In this document: piece after piece, positions 1-7,930 of the stretch
How positions within the stretch are numbered: position 1 is the stretch's first letter
Layout: each line of letters opens with the position of its first letter
From: an uncultured Erysipelotrichales bacterium
GTDB lineage: Bacteria > Bacillota_I > Bacilli_A > Erysipelotrichales > CAZWEF01
NCBI GenBank assembly: GCA_964632125.1
Contig: CAZWEF010000040.1
Span: 1-15,727, forward strand
Direction of reading: 5' to 3'
DNA: 15,727 nucleotides
Made by a program: the position numbers and the translations under genes
The notes under the pieces: model-generated
Databases searched by the model: none
What the model was told of the DNA's origin: nothing
What the model saw: the letters and a program-made list of their open reading frames with translations, nothing else

Positions 1-255
1 CTGCTTAGGTTTAGATAGTTGAGGGGGTCTCACAAAAAATACTTTATCAATGTTTTCGAGTACCTTTGAAAATGTACTTGGATTCAAGAAATCAAATAAA
101 CGATATTCAATGCTTTGATATTGACTAAAACATCCTCTTGCTTTATCAATATCATGTGTTCCAATCACAAGCTTTATATCTTTTTGTTGCATTAAGAAAT
201 GAACCGTTGCAGATCCTATGTTTCCAGTTGCTCCTATAATTAAAATGGTTCCCAT
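1..255 (-). CDS. Partial (C-terminally truncated by the window edge) NAD(P)-binding Rossmann-fold protein, NmrA/atypical-SDR-like oxidoreductase
   Basis: The minus-strand reading frame is open from the ATG at 255 to the window edge and translates MGTILIIGATGNIGSATVHFLMQQKDIKLVIGTHDIDKAR.... GATGNIGS is a classic GxxGxxG dinucleotide-binding motif at the N-terminus. The RBS GAAAGGAAG lies 9 nt upstream. The start is 6 nt after the MarR stop, so the gene is co-transcribed with MarR. It is missing from the ORF track only because no stop codon falls inside the window. Confidence 0.55.
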   Translation of the reverse strand, partial: MGTILIIGATGNIGSATVHFLMQQKDIKLVIGTHDIDKARGCFSQYQSIEYRLFDFLNPSTFSKVLENIDKVFFVRPPQLSKPKQ

Positions 256-261
256 AAACTA

Positions 262-678
262 TTACTTCCTTTCATTATTCAGTTTATTTAAGATGTCTAT
301 TAAAAATTGATTTTCAGATATCGATAGCGGTGTTAAAAATTCGTTTAAGACGCGATCTGCAATGACTGTACAGTCTTTAAGTTTTAATAAGCCATCTTCA
401 CTTAATTTTAGAACATAAGCTCTTTTATCTTCTGGATGGGACTCTTTTAAAACCAATCCCTTTTTTTCAAGACGAGATAATATACCTGAGATGGTTGGTT
501 TATCCATATCCAAGTGATGCGCTAAATTAATTGCACTGACAGCTTGATACTTTGATAACTGTGCAATATGTTGTAAGACTGAAAATTGTTGTGCAGTCAT
601 TTCAATGGTTTGTAAAGCTAGATTTAAATCATATTTTAATTTCTTAGATACTGACATTAAAAGATAGGCTACATTCAT
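262..678 (-). CDS. MarR-family winged-helix transcriptional regulator
   Basis: 138 aa. The wing/recognition region DKPTISGILSRLEKKGLVLKESHPEDKRAYVLKLSEDG has the MarR pattern (D.R...L.LT..G). GGAGGTG RBS sits 5 nt before the ATG at 678. Divergent from the ABC transporter gene. Confidence 0.85.
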   Translation of the reverse strand: MNVAYLLMSVSKKLKYDLNLALQTIEMTAQQFSVLQHIAQLSKYQAVSAINLAHHLDMDKPTISGILSRLEKKGLVLKESHPEDKRAYVLKLSEDGLLKLKDCTVIADRVLNEFLTPLSISENQFLIDILNKLNNERK

Positions 679-690
679 ATAAACACCTCC

Positions 691-716
691 ATTATAGTTA
701 GTATACTAACTATAAT
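691..716. promoter_or_regulatory. 26-bp perfect palindrome (ATTATAGTTAGTA|TACTAACTATAAT), candidate MarR operator overlapping the marR promoter region
   Basis: Exact reverse-complement symmetry over 26 bp, checked base by base. It lies 13 bp upstream of the MarR start codon in the divergent intergenic region. Each half contains a TATAAT-like hexamer. Confidence 0.6.
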
Positions 717-761
717 TATAAAAGTCAAAATAAATATTAGTTCGATATAAAACTTTTTTTG

Positions 762-790
762 TTGACTTATAAGAAGGTGTGTTGTAATAT
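762..790 (+). promoter_or_regulatory. Sigma-A-type promoter for the ABC transporter operon (-35 TTGACT, 17-nt spacer, -10 TAATAT)
   Basis: TTGACT at 762-767, a 17-nt spacer, then TAATAT at 785-790, about 35 nt upstream of the ATG at 826. Flanked by a 9-bp inverted repeat: ATTAGTTCG at 736-744 and CGAACTAAT at 801-809. Confidence 0.5.
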
Positions 791-825
791 AGTTCTATAA
801 CGAACTAATATAAAGGAGAATCAAC

Positions 826-2745
826 ATGTCATTTATTGAAATTAATCATTTAAAAAAGAGTTACAAAATATCAAAAGACTATAAACAGGAAGTATTTAAT
901 GATTTTAATCTATCTTTTAATACATCAGGACTTGTTGCAATCATTGGTGAAAGTGGATGTGGGAAAAGCACCTTGATGAATATTATTGGAGGTATGGATA
1001 GTGATTATGAAGGAGATGTCTTAGTTAATCAAAAGAAATTGAAAGAACAAAATCTAGACAACTATAGAAAGAATGTGCTAGGGTTTATTTTTCAATCGTT
1101 TAACTTAATTCCTACACTAACTGTTTTAGAGAACATTGAAATTGCGATGGATCTAACTGGTAAAAGTAAGATTGAAAAACGAGAAATTGCAGTATCAATG
1201 CTTGAAAAAGTAGGGCTTAAAGATCACATGCTTAAAAGACCAACACAGCTTTCAGGTGGTCAAAAACAACGTGTTGCGATTGCTAGAAGTCTTGTGAATG
1301 ATCCTCAAATTATTTTAGCGGATGAACCAACAGGGGCTTTAGATAAACAAACATCACAAGAGATTATGGATTTACTTAAATCGATTGCAAGTGAGGGTAA
1401 ACTGATCATCATTGTAACACACTCTGAACGTGTTTCTAAAGAATGTGATCGTGTTATTGCAATTGATGATGGCAAGATAGTGAGTGATGTTGTCAACAAC
1501 AAAGATACGAGTCACATTGTCTTAGAAGAAAAGAAAAACAAAGGGCTATCCTTCTTATCTGCTATCAAACATTCATTTAAAAATGTTATGAGAAATAAGA
1601 AAAGAAATTTACTTGTATCAATCGGAGGATCAATTGGTATACTGAGCGTGGTACTGATTCTTGGACTAGGAAGTGGGGTTAAAACGTATTTGTATAATGA
1701 GCTTATTGGTAATACGGATACATTAAATGTGACCGCAACCAAAGGAAGTTCCTTTGGACCTACTGGGGGAACGGTTGATCAATCTTCATTACAGTTTAGT
1801 CAAAGTGAGATCGAGGCGTTAATAGCTTTAAATGGCGTTTCTAGTTATACAACAAATTCGACTATTCAAGGCAATTCAATCTTAAAATCTGATCGTGAGA
1901 CGATATCACTCATGATGGTGACTTCAGACTTGAGTCAAGCGCAAGAAGTTGTCGTGGGGAAATTACCTGAAGATGGAGAAATCGTGTTAACTGAATCAAC
2001 GGCAACAAAATTAGTTGGTGATGCATCACAAATTAATCAACTCATTGGTAGTGAGGTTGCTCTAACTCTAAGTGGTGTTGATGGTGTCAAAGAAACCTTA
2101 ACGATTAGTGGCATTGTTCGACCTAACTCTGTCATTTTAGAGAACATATCAACGATTATGATGAATGATACAACCATGAGAAGTATTTATGAAAATAACG
2201 GTAAAACCTATAATCCGACATCAGTTGTATTACATGCCAAGGATGAAAATGCTGCCATTGAACTAGCGAGTCAAATCAAGTCAATGGGTTATCATGGATC
2301 AACTCAAGAAGAAACAATCAAGACGATGAATGACTATATATCGATTGCAACATTGATTCTTTCAGGAATTGCAGGTATTTCATTATTGGTTTCATCGATT
2401 ATGATCCTTGTTGTCATGTATATCAGCGTTGTTGAAAGAACCAAAGAAATTGGTGTCTTAAGAGCAATTGGTGCAAGACGTAAAGATATTAGAACCATTT
2501 TTATTGGTGAGGCAGGTATCATCGGATTCATTAGTGGTGCAATTGGTGTGTGTGGCGCATGCATTCTGGCACTGCTCATCAATTTATCACTTAAACAAAT
2601 GATTGGCATCAATATCATCAGTATTAATATTGTCTATGTCTTAGTAGGTATTTTACTGTCAATTGTTGTCAGTGTGATTGCTGGATATAAACCTGCAGCA
2701 AAAGCAGTAAAATTAGATCCAATTGAATCTCTGCGATATGAATAA
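826..2745 (+). CDS. Fused ABC transporter: N-terminal ATPase plus C-terminal MacB/FtsX-type permease with a large extracytoplasmic domain
   Basis: Walker A GESGCGKST, ABC signature LSGGQKQR, Walker B IILADEPT, H-loop VTHS. TM1 is around LLVSIGGSIGILSVVLILGL, followed by a roughly 230-aa extracytoplasmic region, then three C-terminal TM helices typical of the FtsX/MacB fold. RBS AAAGGAG. Confidence 0.9.
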   Translation: MSFIEINHLKKSYKISKDYKQEVFNDFNLSFNTSGLVAIIGESGCGKSTLMNIIGGMDSDYEGDVLVNQKKLKEQNLDNYRKNVLGFIFQSFNLIPTLTVLENIEIAMDLTGKSKIEKREIAVSMLEKVGLKDHMLKRPTQLSGGQKQRVAIARSLVNDPQIILADEPTGALDKQTSQEIMDLLKSIASEGKLIIIVTHSERVSKECDRVIAIDDGKIVSDVVNNKDTSHIVLEEKKNKGLSFLSAIKHSFKNVMRNKKRNLLVSIGGSIGILSVVLILGLGSGVKTYLYNELIGNTDTLNVTATKGSSFGPTGGTVDQSSLQFSQSEIEALIALNGVSSYTTNSTIQGNSILKSDRETISLMMVTSDLSQAQEVVVGKLPEDGEIVLTESTATKLVGDASQINQLIGSEVALTLSGVDGVKETLTISGIVRPNSVILENISTIMMNDTTMRSIYENNGKTYNPTSVVLHAKDENAAIELASQIKSMGYHGSTQEETIKTMNDYISIATLILSGIAGISLLVSSIMILVVMYISVVERTKEIGVLRAIGARRKDIRTIFIGEAGIIGFISGAIGVCGACILALLINLSLKQMIGINIISINIVYVLVGILLSIVVSVIAGYKPAAKAVKLDPIESLRYE

Positions 2746-2779
2746 TTGTGGTATAATATAAGCGAACTGAGGTGATTCT

Positions 2780-3274
2780 ATGCAAAATGGCATGATGGAT
2801 ATGGGTGCATTAATTATGATTGCATCATTAAAACAAAAAAAAATAATCAATAAGATCATTGTTGAACAAGGCTACAGTTTTGAATTAGCACATCTTAAAA
2901 TTTTAATGGCTGCAGTTCACTATCCTGGAAAACTATATGCAAAGGATTTGGTAGCCATTGAAGGCAAATCTAAATCAACGATTAATGCATTATTAGTCAA
3001 ATTAGAATCCGAAAATCTAGTATCATTAGAAGTTGATGAACTTGACAAGCGTGCCAAGATTATTAAGGCCACCAAAAAAGGGATACTCGTTGATAAAGAA
3101 TTATCAATCAAAGTTCAAGAAATTGTGTCATCAAAATTCATGAAAGACATGAGCCCAAATGAAATAGAATCTTTCATAAAAACAATCAAAAAACTCATTA
3201 AAAACATTGATGAAGTGATAGGTGAAGATGCACTACCATATGCTGATCTAGTACATGAAGTAAACAATCAATAA
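2780..3274 (+). CDS. Second MarR-family regulator, co-transcribed downstream of the ABC transporter
   Basis: 164 aa. MarR-like wing DELDKRAKIIKATKKG. GAGGTGA RBS sits 4 nt before the ATG. The gene starts 35 nt after the ABC stop and is followed by a terminator. Confidence 0.65.
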   Translation: MQNGMMDMGALIMIASLKQKKIINKIIVEQGYSFELAHLKILMAAVHYPGKLYAKDLVAIEGKSKSTINALLVKLESENLVSLEVDELDKRAKIIKATKKGILVDKELSIKVQEIVSSKFMKDMSPNEIESFIKTIKKLIKNIDEVIGEDALPYADLVHEVNNQ

Positions 3275-3286
3275 ATCATTCTATTT

Positions 3287-3320
3287 AAAACCCCGAACTG
3301 AACATGAGTCGGGGTTTATT
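3287..3320 (+). terminator. Rho-independent terminator of the ABC-MarR transcription unit
   Basis: AAAA-CCCCGA(A)CT-GAACATG-AGTCGGGG-TTTATT. An 8-bp GC-rich stem with one bulge, followed by a T-rich tract. Confidence 0.7.
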
Positions 3321-3536
3321 AAGTGTATGACACTACTTAAATACTCAGTGATTAGCCAATTCATGTATTATTCAACGTCATAAATTGCTCATGCACTAGC
3401 CCCAATACAAAATACTAAAGAAATATTAGCATTCAATTAAATCAATCATTTAAATGAATTAGAACTTACTATAAACCTTAATGATGAAAAAGATGACTGT
3501 GCTACATTCACCTCATTTATTTGGATTTTAAACACT

Positions 3537-3562
3537 AAAAGGAACCAAAATTGGTTCCTTTA
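3537..3562 (-). terminator. groEL terminator (hairpin GGAACC-AAAATT-GGTTCC flanked by A/T runs; potentially bidirectional)
   Basis: A perfect 6-8 bp stem lies 9 nt downstream of the groEL stop on the minus strand, followed by TTTTAGTGTTT in the minus sense. A T-run also follows on the + strand. Confidence 0.7.
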
Positions 3563-3570
3563 TTTGATAT

Positions 3571-5109
3571 TTAAGATTCCTTACCATCTACAATTGCGAC
3601 ACTTGTCATTAAAATTAGTCTTGCAATTGAGCTAGCATTTTCCAACGCAATTCGAATATTTTTTACAGGGTCGATAATACCTGCGCAGATTAAATCTTTA
3701 AACGTTCCGTCGATTGCATCATAACCTAATTGACACTCTTTTTCTAAAACTTTTTCTAAAATTATGTCTCCATTATCACCACTATTTATTGCAATTTGTT
3801 TTAAAGGATTCTCTATTGCTTTTTTGACAATCTCAAAACCTAGTTTCTCTTCTTCATTTTCGAAATCAACTTTAACCTTTTGCATTGCTTGAAGTAATGC
3901 AAGACCACCACCTGAAACAATACCCTCATCCATAGCAGCTTTAGTTGATTGCAATGCATCTTGTACCCTTGCTTTCTTTTCCTTAACTTCTGACTCAGTA
4001 CTTGCACCAACTTTAATGACACCAATACCGCCTACAAGTTTTGCGATTTGCTGTTCTTTATCTTGACGATCACTTTGTTTTAACTCTTCAACATATTCTA
4101 GCAATGCATCACTTTTTTCAACGATAATAATCGTTTGATTTTTCCTTATTTCAAAACGATCTGCACTTCCTAAACTTTCTAAGGTAATCGTTTTTATGTC
4201 TGTATTTTTTTCAATGATTTGACAATTTAGTAACATACTCAAGTCTTTTAACTCTCTATCTTTACTTTCACCAAACCCAGGAGCTTTAACCAAAGTAATG
4301 TTTAAAATGCCACGTAGACGGTTCATCACAATTGTTGTAATGACGTCTTCACTAAAATCATCAGCAATCATGATGAGCTCTCTATTTGTTTCCATTACTT
4401 TTTCTAACAATGGTAATACTTCATGAATGTGATTAATTTTTTCTTTAAAAAGTGCAACATATGGATTATTTACAATAGCAACCATACTCTTTTTGTCTGT
4501 AACCATATAAGGCGAAGCATAACCGTTGTTAAAATGATATCCATTCACTACTTCTACAGTTGTATCAAAACTCTTGCCTTCTTCTACTGTAACAACACCA
4601 TCTTTTGTTGCTTTATCTATTGCATCAGAAATAATTTTACCAATCTCTTCATCTTTGGCACTCACTGCTGCAATATTTTTAACTTCTATACTATTGCAAA
4701 CTGGCTTTGATAACTCTTTTAGGGCTTTTACTAGAGCTTTTGTTGTTTTATCAATACCTATATTTATACTTCTAGGATTTACACCATTATTTACATATTT
4801 TAGACCTTGATTCAAGATACTTTGAGTTAGGATAGTGGCAGTTGTAGTACCATCACCACTTAATTCTTCTGTCTTAGAAGAAGCTTCTTTGATTAGTTTT
4901 GCACCCATATTTTCAAACTTATCTTCTAATTCAATTTCTCTAGCAATCGTTACCCCATCATTTGTTATAAGCGGGGAACCATATGGTTTATCAATAACAA
5001 CATATTTTCCCTTTGGACCTAATGTTTCTTTTACAGCATCTGCAAGTTTATTAACGCCATCTTGTAACTTTTTACGTGATAATTCATTCGCTAAAATTTC
5101 TTTACTCAT
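3571..5109 (-). CDS. groEL: Chaperonin GroEL (Cpn60), short form lacking the C-terminal Gly-Met tail
   Basis: The N-terminus LADAVKETLGPKGKYVVIDKPYGSPLITNDGVTIAREIELEDKFENMGAKL closely parallels canonical GroEL (VKVTLGPKGRNVVL...SPxITxDGVTIAKEIELED.FENMGAQ). 512 aa. Ends ...VAIVDGKES without GGM repeats. Confidence 0.95.
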   Translation of the reverse strand: MSKEILANELSRKKLQDGVNKLADAVKETLGPKGKYVVIDKPYGSPLITNDGVTIAREIELEDKFENMGAKLIKEASSKTEELSGDGTTTATILTQSILNQGLKYVNNGVNPRSINIGIDKTTKALVKALKELSKPVCNSIEVKNIAAVSAKDEEIGKIISDAIDKATKDGVVTVEEGKSFDTTVEVVNGYHFNNGYASPYMVTDKKSMVAIVNNPYVALFKEKINHIHEVLPLLEKVMETNRELIMIADDFSEDVITTIVMNRLRGILNITLVKAPGFGESKDRELKDLSMLLNCQIIEKNTDIKTITLESLGSADRFEIRKNQTIIIVEKSDALLEYVEELKQSDRQDKEQQIAKLVGGIGVIKVGASTESEVKEKKARVQDALQSTKAAMDEGIVSGGGLALLQAMQKVKVDFENEEEKLGFEIVKKAIENPLKQIAINSGDNGDIILEKVLEKECQLGYDAIDGTFKDLICAGIIDPVKNIRIALENASSIARLILMTSVAIVDGKES

Positions 5110-5133
5110 AATATCAACTCCTTTTAAAACATT

Positions 5134-5391
5134 TTATTCTACGATTGCAAGAACATCATCTTCACTTAAAATTAAATAGTCTTGCTGTTCATGTGAAATA
5201 TTTTTTGTTTTGTAGGATTCAAAGATTACTTTATTTCCTTTTTTAATTTCTGTTACATCTTCTCCAACATCTATCACCAATGCAACATTTTTTTCATCAC
5301 TTTTACTTTCAGATAAGATAATTCCTGATTTCGAGATGTTTTCAATTTTTACTTTTTCCAACAATAAATATTTCTTAACAGGTTTAATCAT
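5134..5391 (-). CDS. groES: Co-chaperonin GroES (Cpn10)
   Basis: The RBS-supported start (AAAGGATGA then ATG) gives MIKPVKKYLLLEKVKIE...GIILSE..., about 85 aa. The ORF-track start at 5433 lies inside the CIRCE/promoter region and is rejected. The gene sits 25 nt upstream of groEL. Confidence 0.85.
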   Translation of the reverse strand: MIKPVKKYLLLEKVKIENISKSGIILSESKSDEKNVALVIDVGEDVTEIKKGNKVIFESYKTKNISHEQQDYLILSEDDVLAIVE

Positions 5392-5413
5392 AAAATCATC
5401 CTTTCTAGTTTTA

Positions 5414-5440
5414 TTAGCACTCATTATACCCAAGTGCTAA
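5414..5440. promoter_or_regulatory. CIRCE element (HrcA operator): TTAGCACTT-N9-GAGTGCTAA
   Basis: Minus-sense sequence TTAGCACTTGGGTATAATGAGTGCTAA matches the CIRCE consensus TTAGCACTC-N9-GAGTGCTAA in 17 of 18 positions. It lies between the groES promoter -10 element and the groES RBS. Confidence 0.9.
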
Positions 5441-5444
5441 TACT

Positions 5445-5473
5445 ATTTTAAAAAATAGTTACTTATTTGTCAA
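5445..5473 (-). promoter_or_regulatory. groESL sigma-A promoter (-35 TTGACA, 17-nt spacer, -10 TAAAAT)
   Basis: In minus-strand sense: TTGACA-aataagtaactattttt-TAAAAT. It sits immediately upstream of CIRCE. Confidence 0.65.
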
Positions 5474-5584
5474 GCGTTTAAACACACATATAAGCAAAGT
5501 TATAAAAAGATTTAAAATTAAAATCGTATCAAATGCCTCAATAAGCATACAAAGCACATACTAGAAGAAAATATTCTTAAGCGA

Positions 5585-6454
5585 CTAAATCGCTTTAAAT
5601 TCTGATGCTTCTTTCTTTAAATAATCACTAAATGAATCAATCCATTCATGAGCATAAGGACTTAAATAACGATTCTTATGAACAATAAAATAAAATGGTT
5701 TATGCAAATCAATGTCTAATTCATGAATCATAAACATGTCATGAGGAATGAGTTTTTTTGGTAAAATAGAAATACCTATCGCTTCTTTAACAAGTTCAAT
5801 GATGGCTTGAGAATTAGCACTTTCTATGATGGGTTGGTAAAAAAGATGTTGGTTTTTAAAATGATAATCAATGATGGCTCTAGTACCGCTTGAAGTATCG
5901 CGAAGAATTAAAGGATATGAAACTAAATCATGAAAACTAAGTTGCTTATTTAAGTGACTTTTTTTTGATGAAAAGACTACCAATTCTTCACTTGCAATCC
6001 CTTGTACAAGGAGATCTTTATCATGGATAGGTGTTTCAATGAAACCAAAATCTAAAGATCCATTCATTACTTGATGAATGATGTTTTGAGAATTATCAAT
6101 ATGTGTCATTAATTGATGATGATGATGCTTTAAATAGGTGGGTAAATAAGCAGTCCCAATGGTTAAACTAAATCCTATTTTTAGACTATGGGCTTGATGC
6201 TCTTCTTTTAAAACATTTTTGGTTGTTTCAAGCAATGTCATGATACTTAATAGTTGTTCATATAAATAATTACCTTGACTAGTTAGTTCAAGCTTCTTTT
6301 TCATGCGATGAAATAATTTGACATCGTAATAGTTCTCTAATTCTTTAATGGCAAGTGATACAGATGGCTGTGCAATCATCAATTGACTTGCAGCTTTGGT
6401 CATACTTTGTTGTTTCACAACCTCTATAAAGATATGAAAATGTCTTAGTGTCAT
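5585..6454 (-). CDS. LysR-family transcriptional regulator, divergent from the chromate transporter pair
   Basis: N-terminal HTH MTLRHFHIFIEVVKQQSMTKAASQLMIAQPSVSLAIKELE is the LysR signature. A GGAGGA RBS 5 nt upstream supports the start at the second ATG (6454) rather than the ORF-track start at 6466. About 289 aa with a C-terminal co-inducer-binding domain. Confidence 0.9.
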   Translation of the reverse strand: MTLRHFHIFIEVVKQQSMTKAASQLMIAQPSVSLAIKELENYYDVKLFHRMKKKLELTSQGNYLYEQLLSIMTLLETTKNVLKEEHQAHSLKIGFSLTIGTAYLPTYLKHHHHQLMTHIDNSQNIIHQVMNGSLDFGFIETPIHDKDLLVQGIASEELVVFSSKKSHLNKQLSFHDLVSYPLILRDTSSGTRAIIDYHFKNQHLFYQPIIESANSQAIIELVKEAIGISILPKKLIPHDMFMIHELDIDLHKPFYFIVHKNRYLSPYAHEWIDSFSDYLKKEASEFKAI

Positions 6455-6549
6455 GTTATCCTCCATAATTAATTTATTATAATGTATATACTAAATATAG
6501 TATTTTACTTATATATTGTCAAGATGTATACTATAAGAGAGGTGAATCA

Positions 6550-7119
6550 ATGAAACCATTTAAACATCATTTAAAACTATTTAAAGAAACACTTTTAATC
6601 AGTGCTTTTACCTTTGGTGGTGGGTATGTCATTGTCCCATTACTTAAAAAAAGATTTGTGGATGAACTTCATTGGATTGAAGAAGAAGAAATGATTGATT
6701 TGGTGGCCATCGCACAATCATCCCCAGGTCCTTTAGCCATCAATGCATCAATCATGATTGGCTATAAATTGAGTGGGTTAAAAGGCGCTCTTGTAGCAAC
6801 ACTTGGTACATCTTTACCACCACTCGTCATCATTTCGCTCATTTCTATGTTCTATGATTTTTTTCAAAGCAATAAGATTATTTCAACCATGATGATTGGC
6901 ATGCAAGCAGCAGTAGCCGCTATTATATTGAATGTTTGTCTCACGATGTTCCAACAAGTAACAAAAACCAATACCCTAAGAAATATCGTATTATTTATCA
7001 TTGCTTTTGTTGCGAGTTATGTTTTTAAAATCAATGTGATGCTAGTCATCATTGTCTTTGCATTGGTTGGTTTGATGTTGATGTTTTATGAAAGGGGGAA
7101 GAAGCATGATCTATCTTGA
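6550..7119 (+). CDS. chrA: Chromate-transporter (CHR) family short-chain subunit 1
   Basis: 189 aa, multi-TM. Carries the CHR signature FTFGGGYVIVPLL. It is paired with a second half-size CHR gene, as in Bacillus ywrB/ywrA-type short-chain CHR (SCHR) pairs. Confidence 0.85.
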   Translation: MKPFKHHLKLFKETLLISAFTFGGGYVIVPLLKKRFVDELHWIEEEEMIDLVAIAQSSPGPLAINASIMIGYKLSGLKGALVATLGTSLPPLVIISLISMFYDFFQSNKIISTMMIGMQAAVAAIILNVCLTMFQQVTKTNTLRNIVLFIIAFVASYVFKINVMLVIIVFALVGLMLMFYERGKKHDLS

Positions 7120-7663
7120 ACTCTTTATTAGCTTCTTTAAAGTGGGTTTATTTAGTATTGGTGGTGGGTACGCATCATTACCACTCATCCAAAATGAAGT
7201 GGTGGTCAATCATGCTTGGCTATCACTTAAAACATTTACTGATGTCATTACCATTGCAGAAATGACCCCAGGACCAATAGCACTTAATGCAGCAACTTTT
7301 GTTGGAACCAAAGTTGCAGGAACATCAGGTTCAATTGTCGCAACAATAGGTGTTATTTTACCATCCTTTTTAATCTTATCTTTACTTAGTTATTTATACT
7401 TCAAATATCAAAATTTAGATGCCATTCAAGGGATGCTACAGGGCATAAGGCCAACAGTTGTAGCACTTATTTTTGGTGCAGGTTTATCCATTCTCATGCT
7501 TTCACTCTTTGGCCATTCAAAAAACTTGGTGCTAAGTGAATTAAACTATCTTCATGTTGTATTTGTTGCTTTAGCATTGTTTTTAGTAAGAAAGATGAAA
7601 CTAAGTCCTATAATTGTGATGTTATGCATAGGTTTGTTAAATGTTTTAATGACGATGATTTAA
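7106..7663 (+). CDS. chrA: Chromate-transporter (CHR) family short-chain subunit 2
   Basis: CHR signature FSIGGGYASLPLI. The AAGGGGG RBS supports the start at 7106 (MIYLELF...). It overlaps the upstream partner by 14 nt, indicating translational coupling. Confidence 0.85.
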   Translation: MIYLELFISFFKVGLFSIGGGYASLPLIQNEVVVNHAWLSLKTFTDVITIAEMTPGPIALNAATFVGTKVAGTSGSIVATIGVILPSFLILSLLSYLYFKYQNLDAIQGMLQGIRPTVVALIFGAGLSILMLSLFGHSKNLVLSELNYLHVVFVALALFLVRKMKLSPIIVMLCIGLLNVLMTMI

Positions 7664-7930
7664 TCAATTGATCGTGCTAAAAAGTCTTCTTATTAACATA
7701 GAAGCGATGCTTGTTCAACATCTTTTTATAAACAAATGACGTATAAACACGATGACCATGATCACATTTATTCATTTGAATGCCAATTTCTATATGAAGT
7801 TGTCCTATCAAAAGACCATTATTTGGTAGAAAAAAGGTTTATAGAGGACCACTTCTTGAATGTACTGAAACAAACATGACATTGTTTATGATTTATAAAC
7901 TATGTATAATAAGGATGTGGGGTGATTCTA

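Noticed and set aside
2769-2783. Identical 12-mer GGTGATTCTATG at 2769-2780 and 7920-7931
   Set aside because: It is an RBS-spacer-ATG context shared by two unrelated genes. It is too short and too functionally constrained to indicate a repeat or mobile element.
3440-3460. 12-bp palindrome TCATTTAAATGA in the long AT-rich spacer between the second MarR gene and groEL
   Set aside because: It is short and AT-only. Such palindromes are expected by chance in 30% GC intergenic DNA, and there is no positional link to a promoter.
4423-5179. Three + strand ORFs (95, 78 and 114 aa) inside groEL, and similar antisense ORFs inside the ABC transporter (1305-1502, 1512-1742, 2334-2618), the WYL gene (8593-8835), SPFH (11034-11384) and rtcB (13063-13302)
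   Set aside because: All lie entirely antisense to strongly supported conserved genes. They have low-complexity, hydrophobic translations and no RBS. They are chance ORFs.
5392-5433. ORF-track N-terminal extension of groES (MGIMSANKTRKDDF...), and similar upstream extensions for LysR (6455-6466), WYL1 (7876-7930), WYL2 (9137-9151) and SPFH (10363-10410)
   Set aside because: The extensions lack RBSs and run into promoter/CIRCE or terminator sequences. Internal ATGs preceded by GGAGG/GGTGA-type RBSs match the conserved family N-termini.
6550-7663. Possibility that the two chrA ORFs are a single frameshifted pseudogene
   Set aside because: Each half carries its own GGGY signature and start codon, and the second has its own strong RBS. 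The two-gene short-chain CHR arrangement is a known functional configuration.
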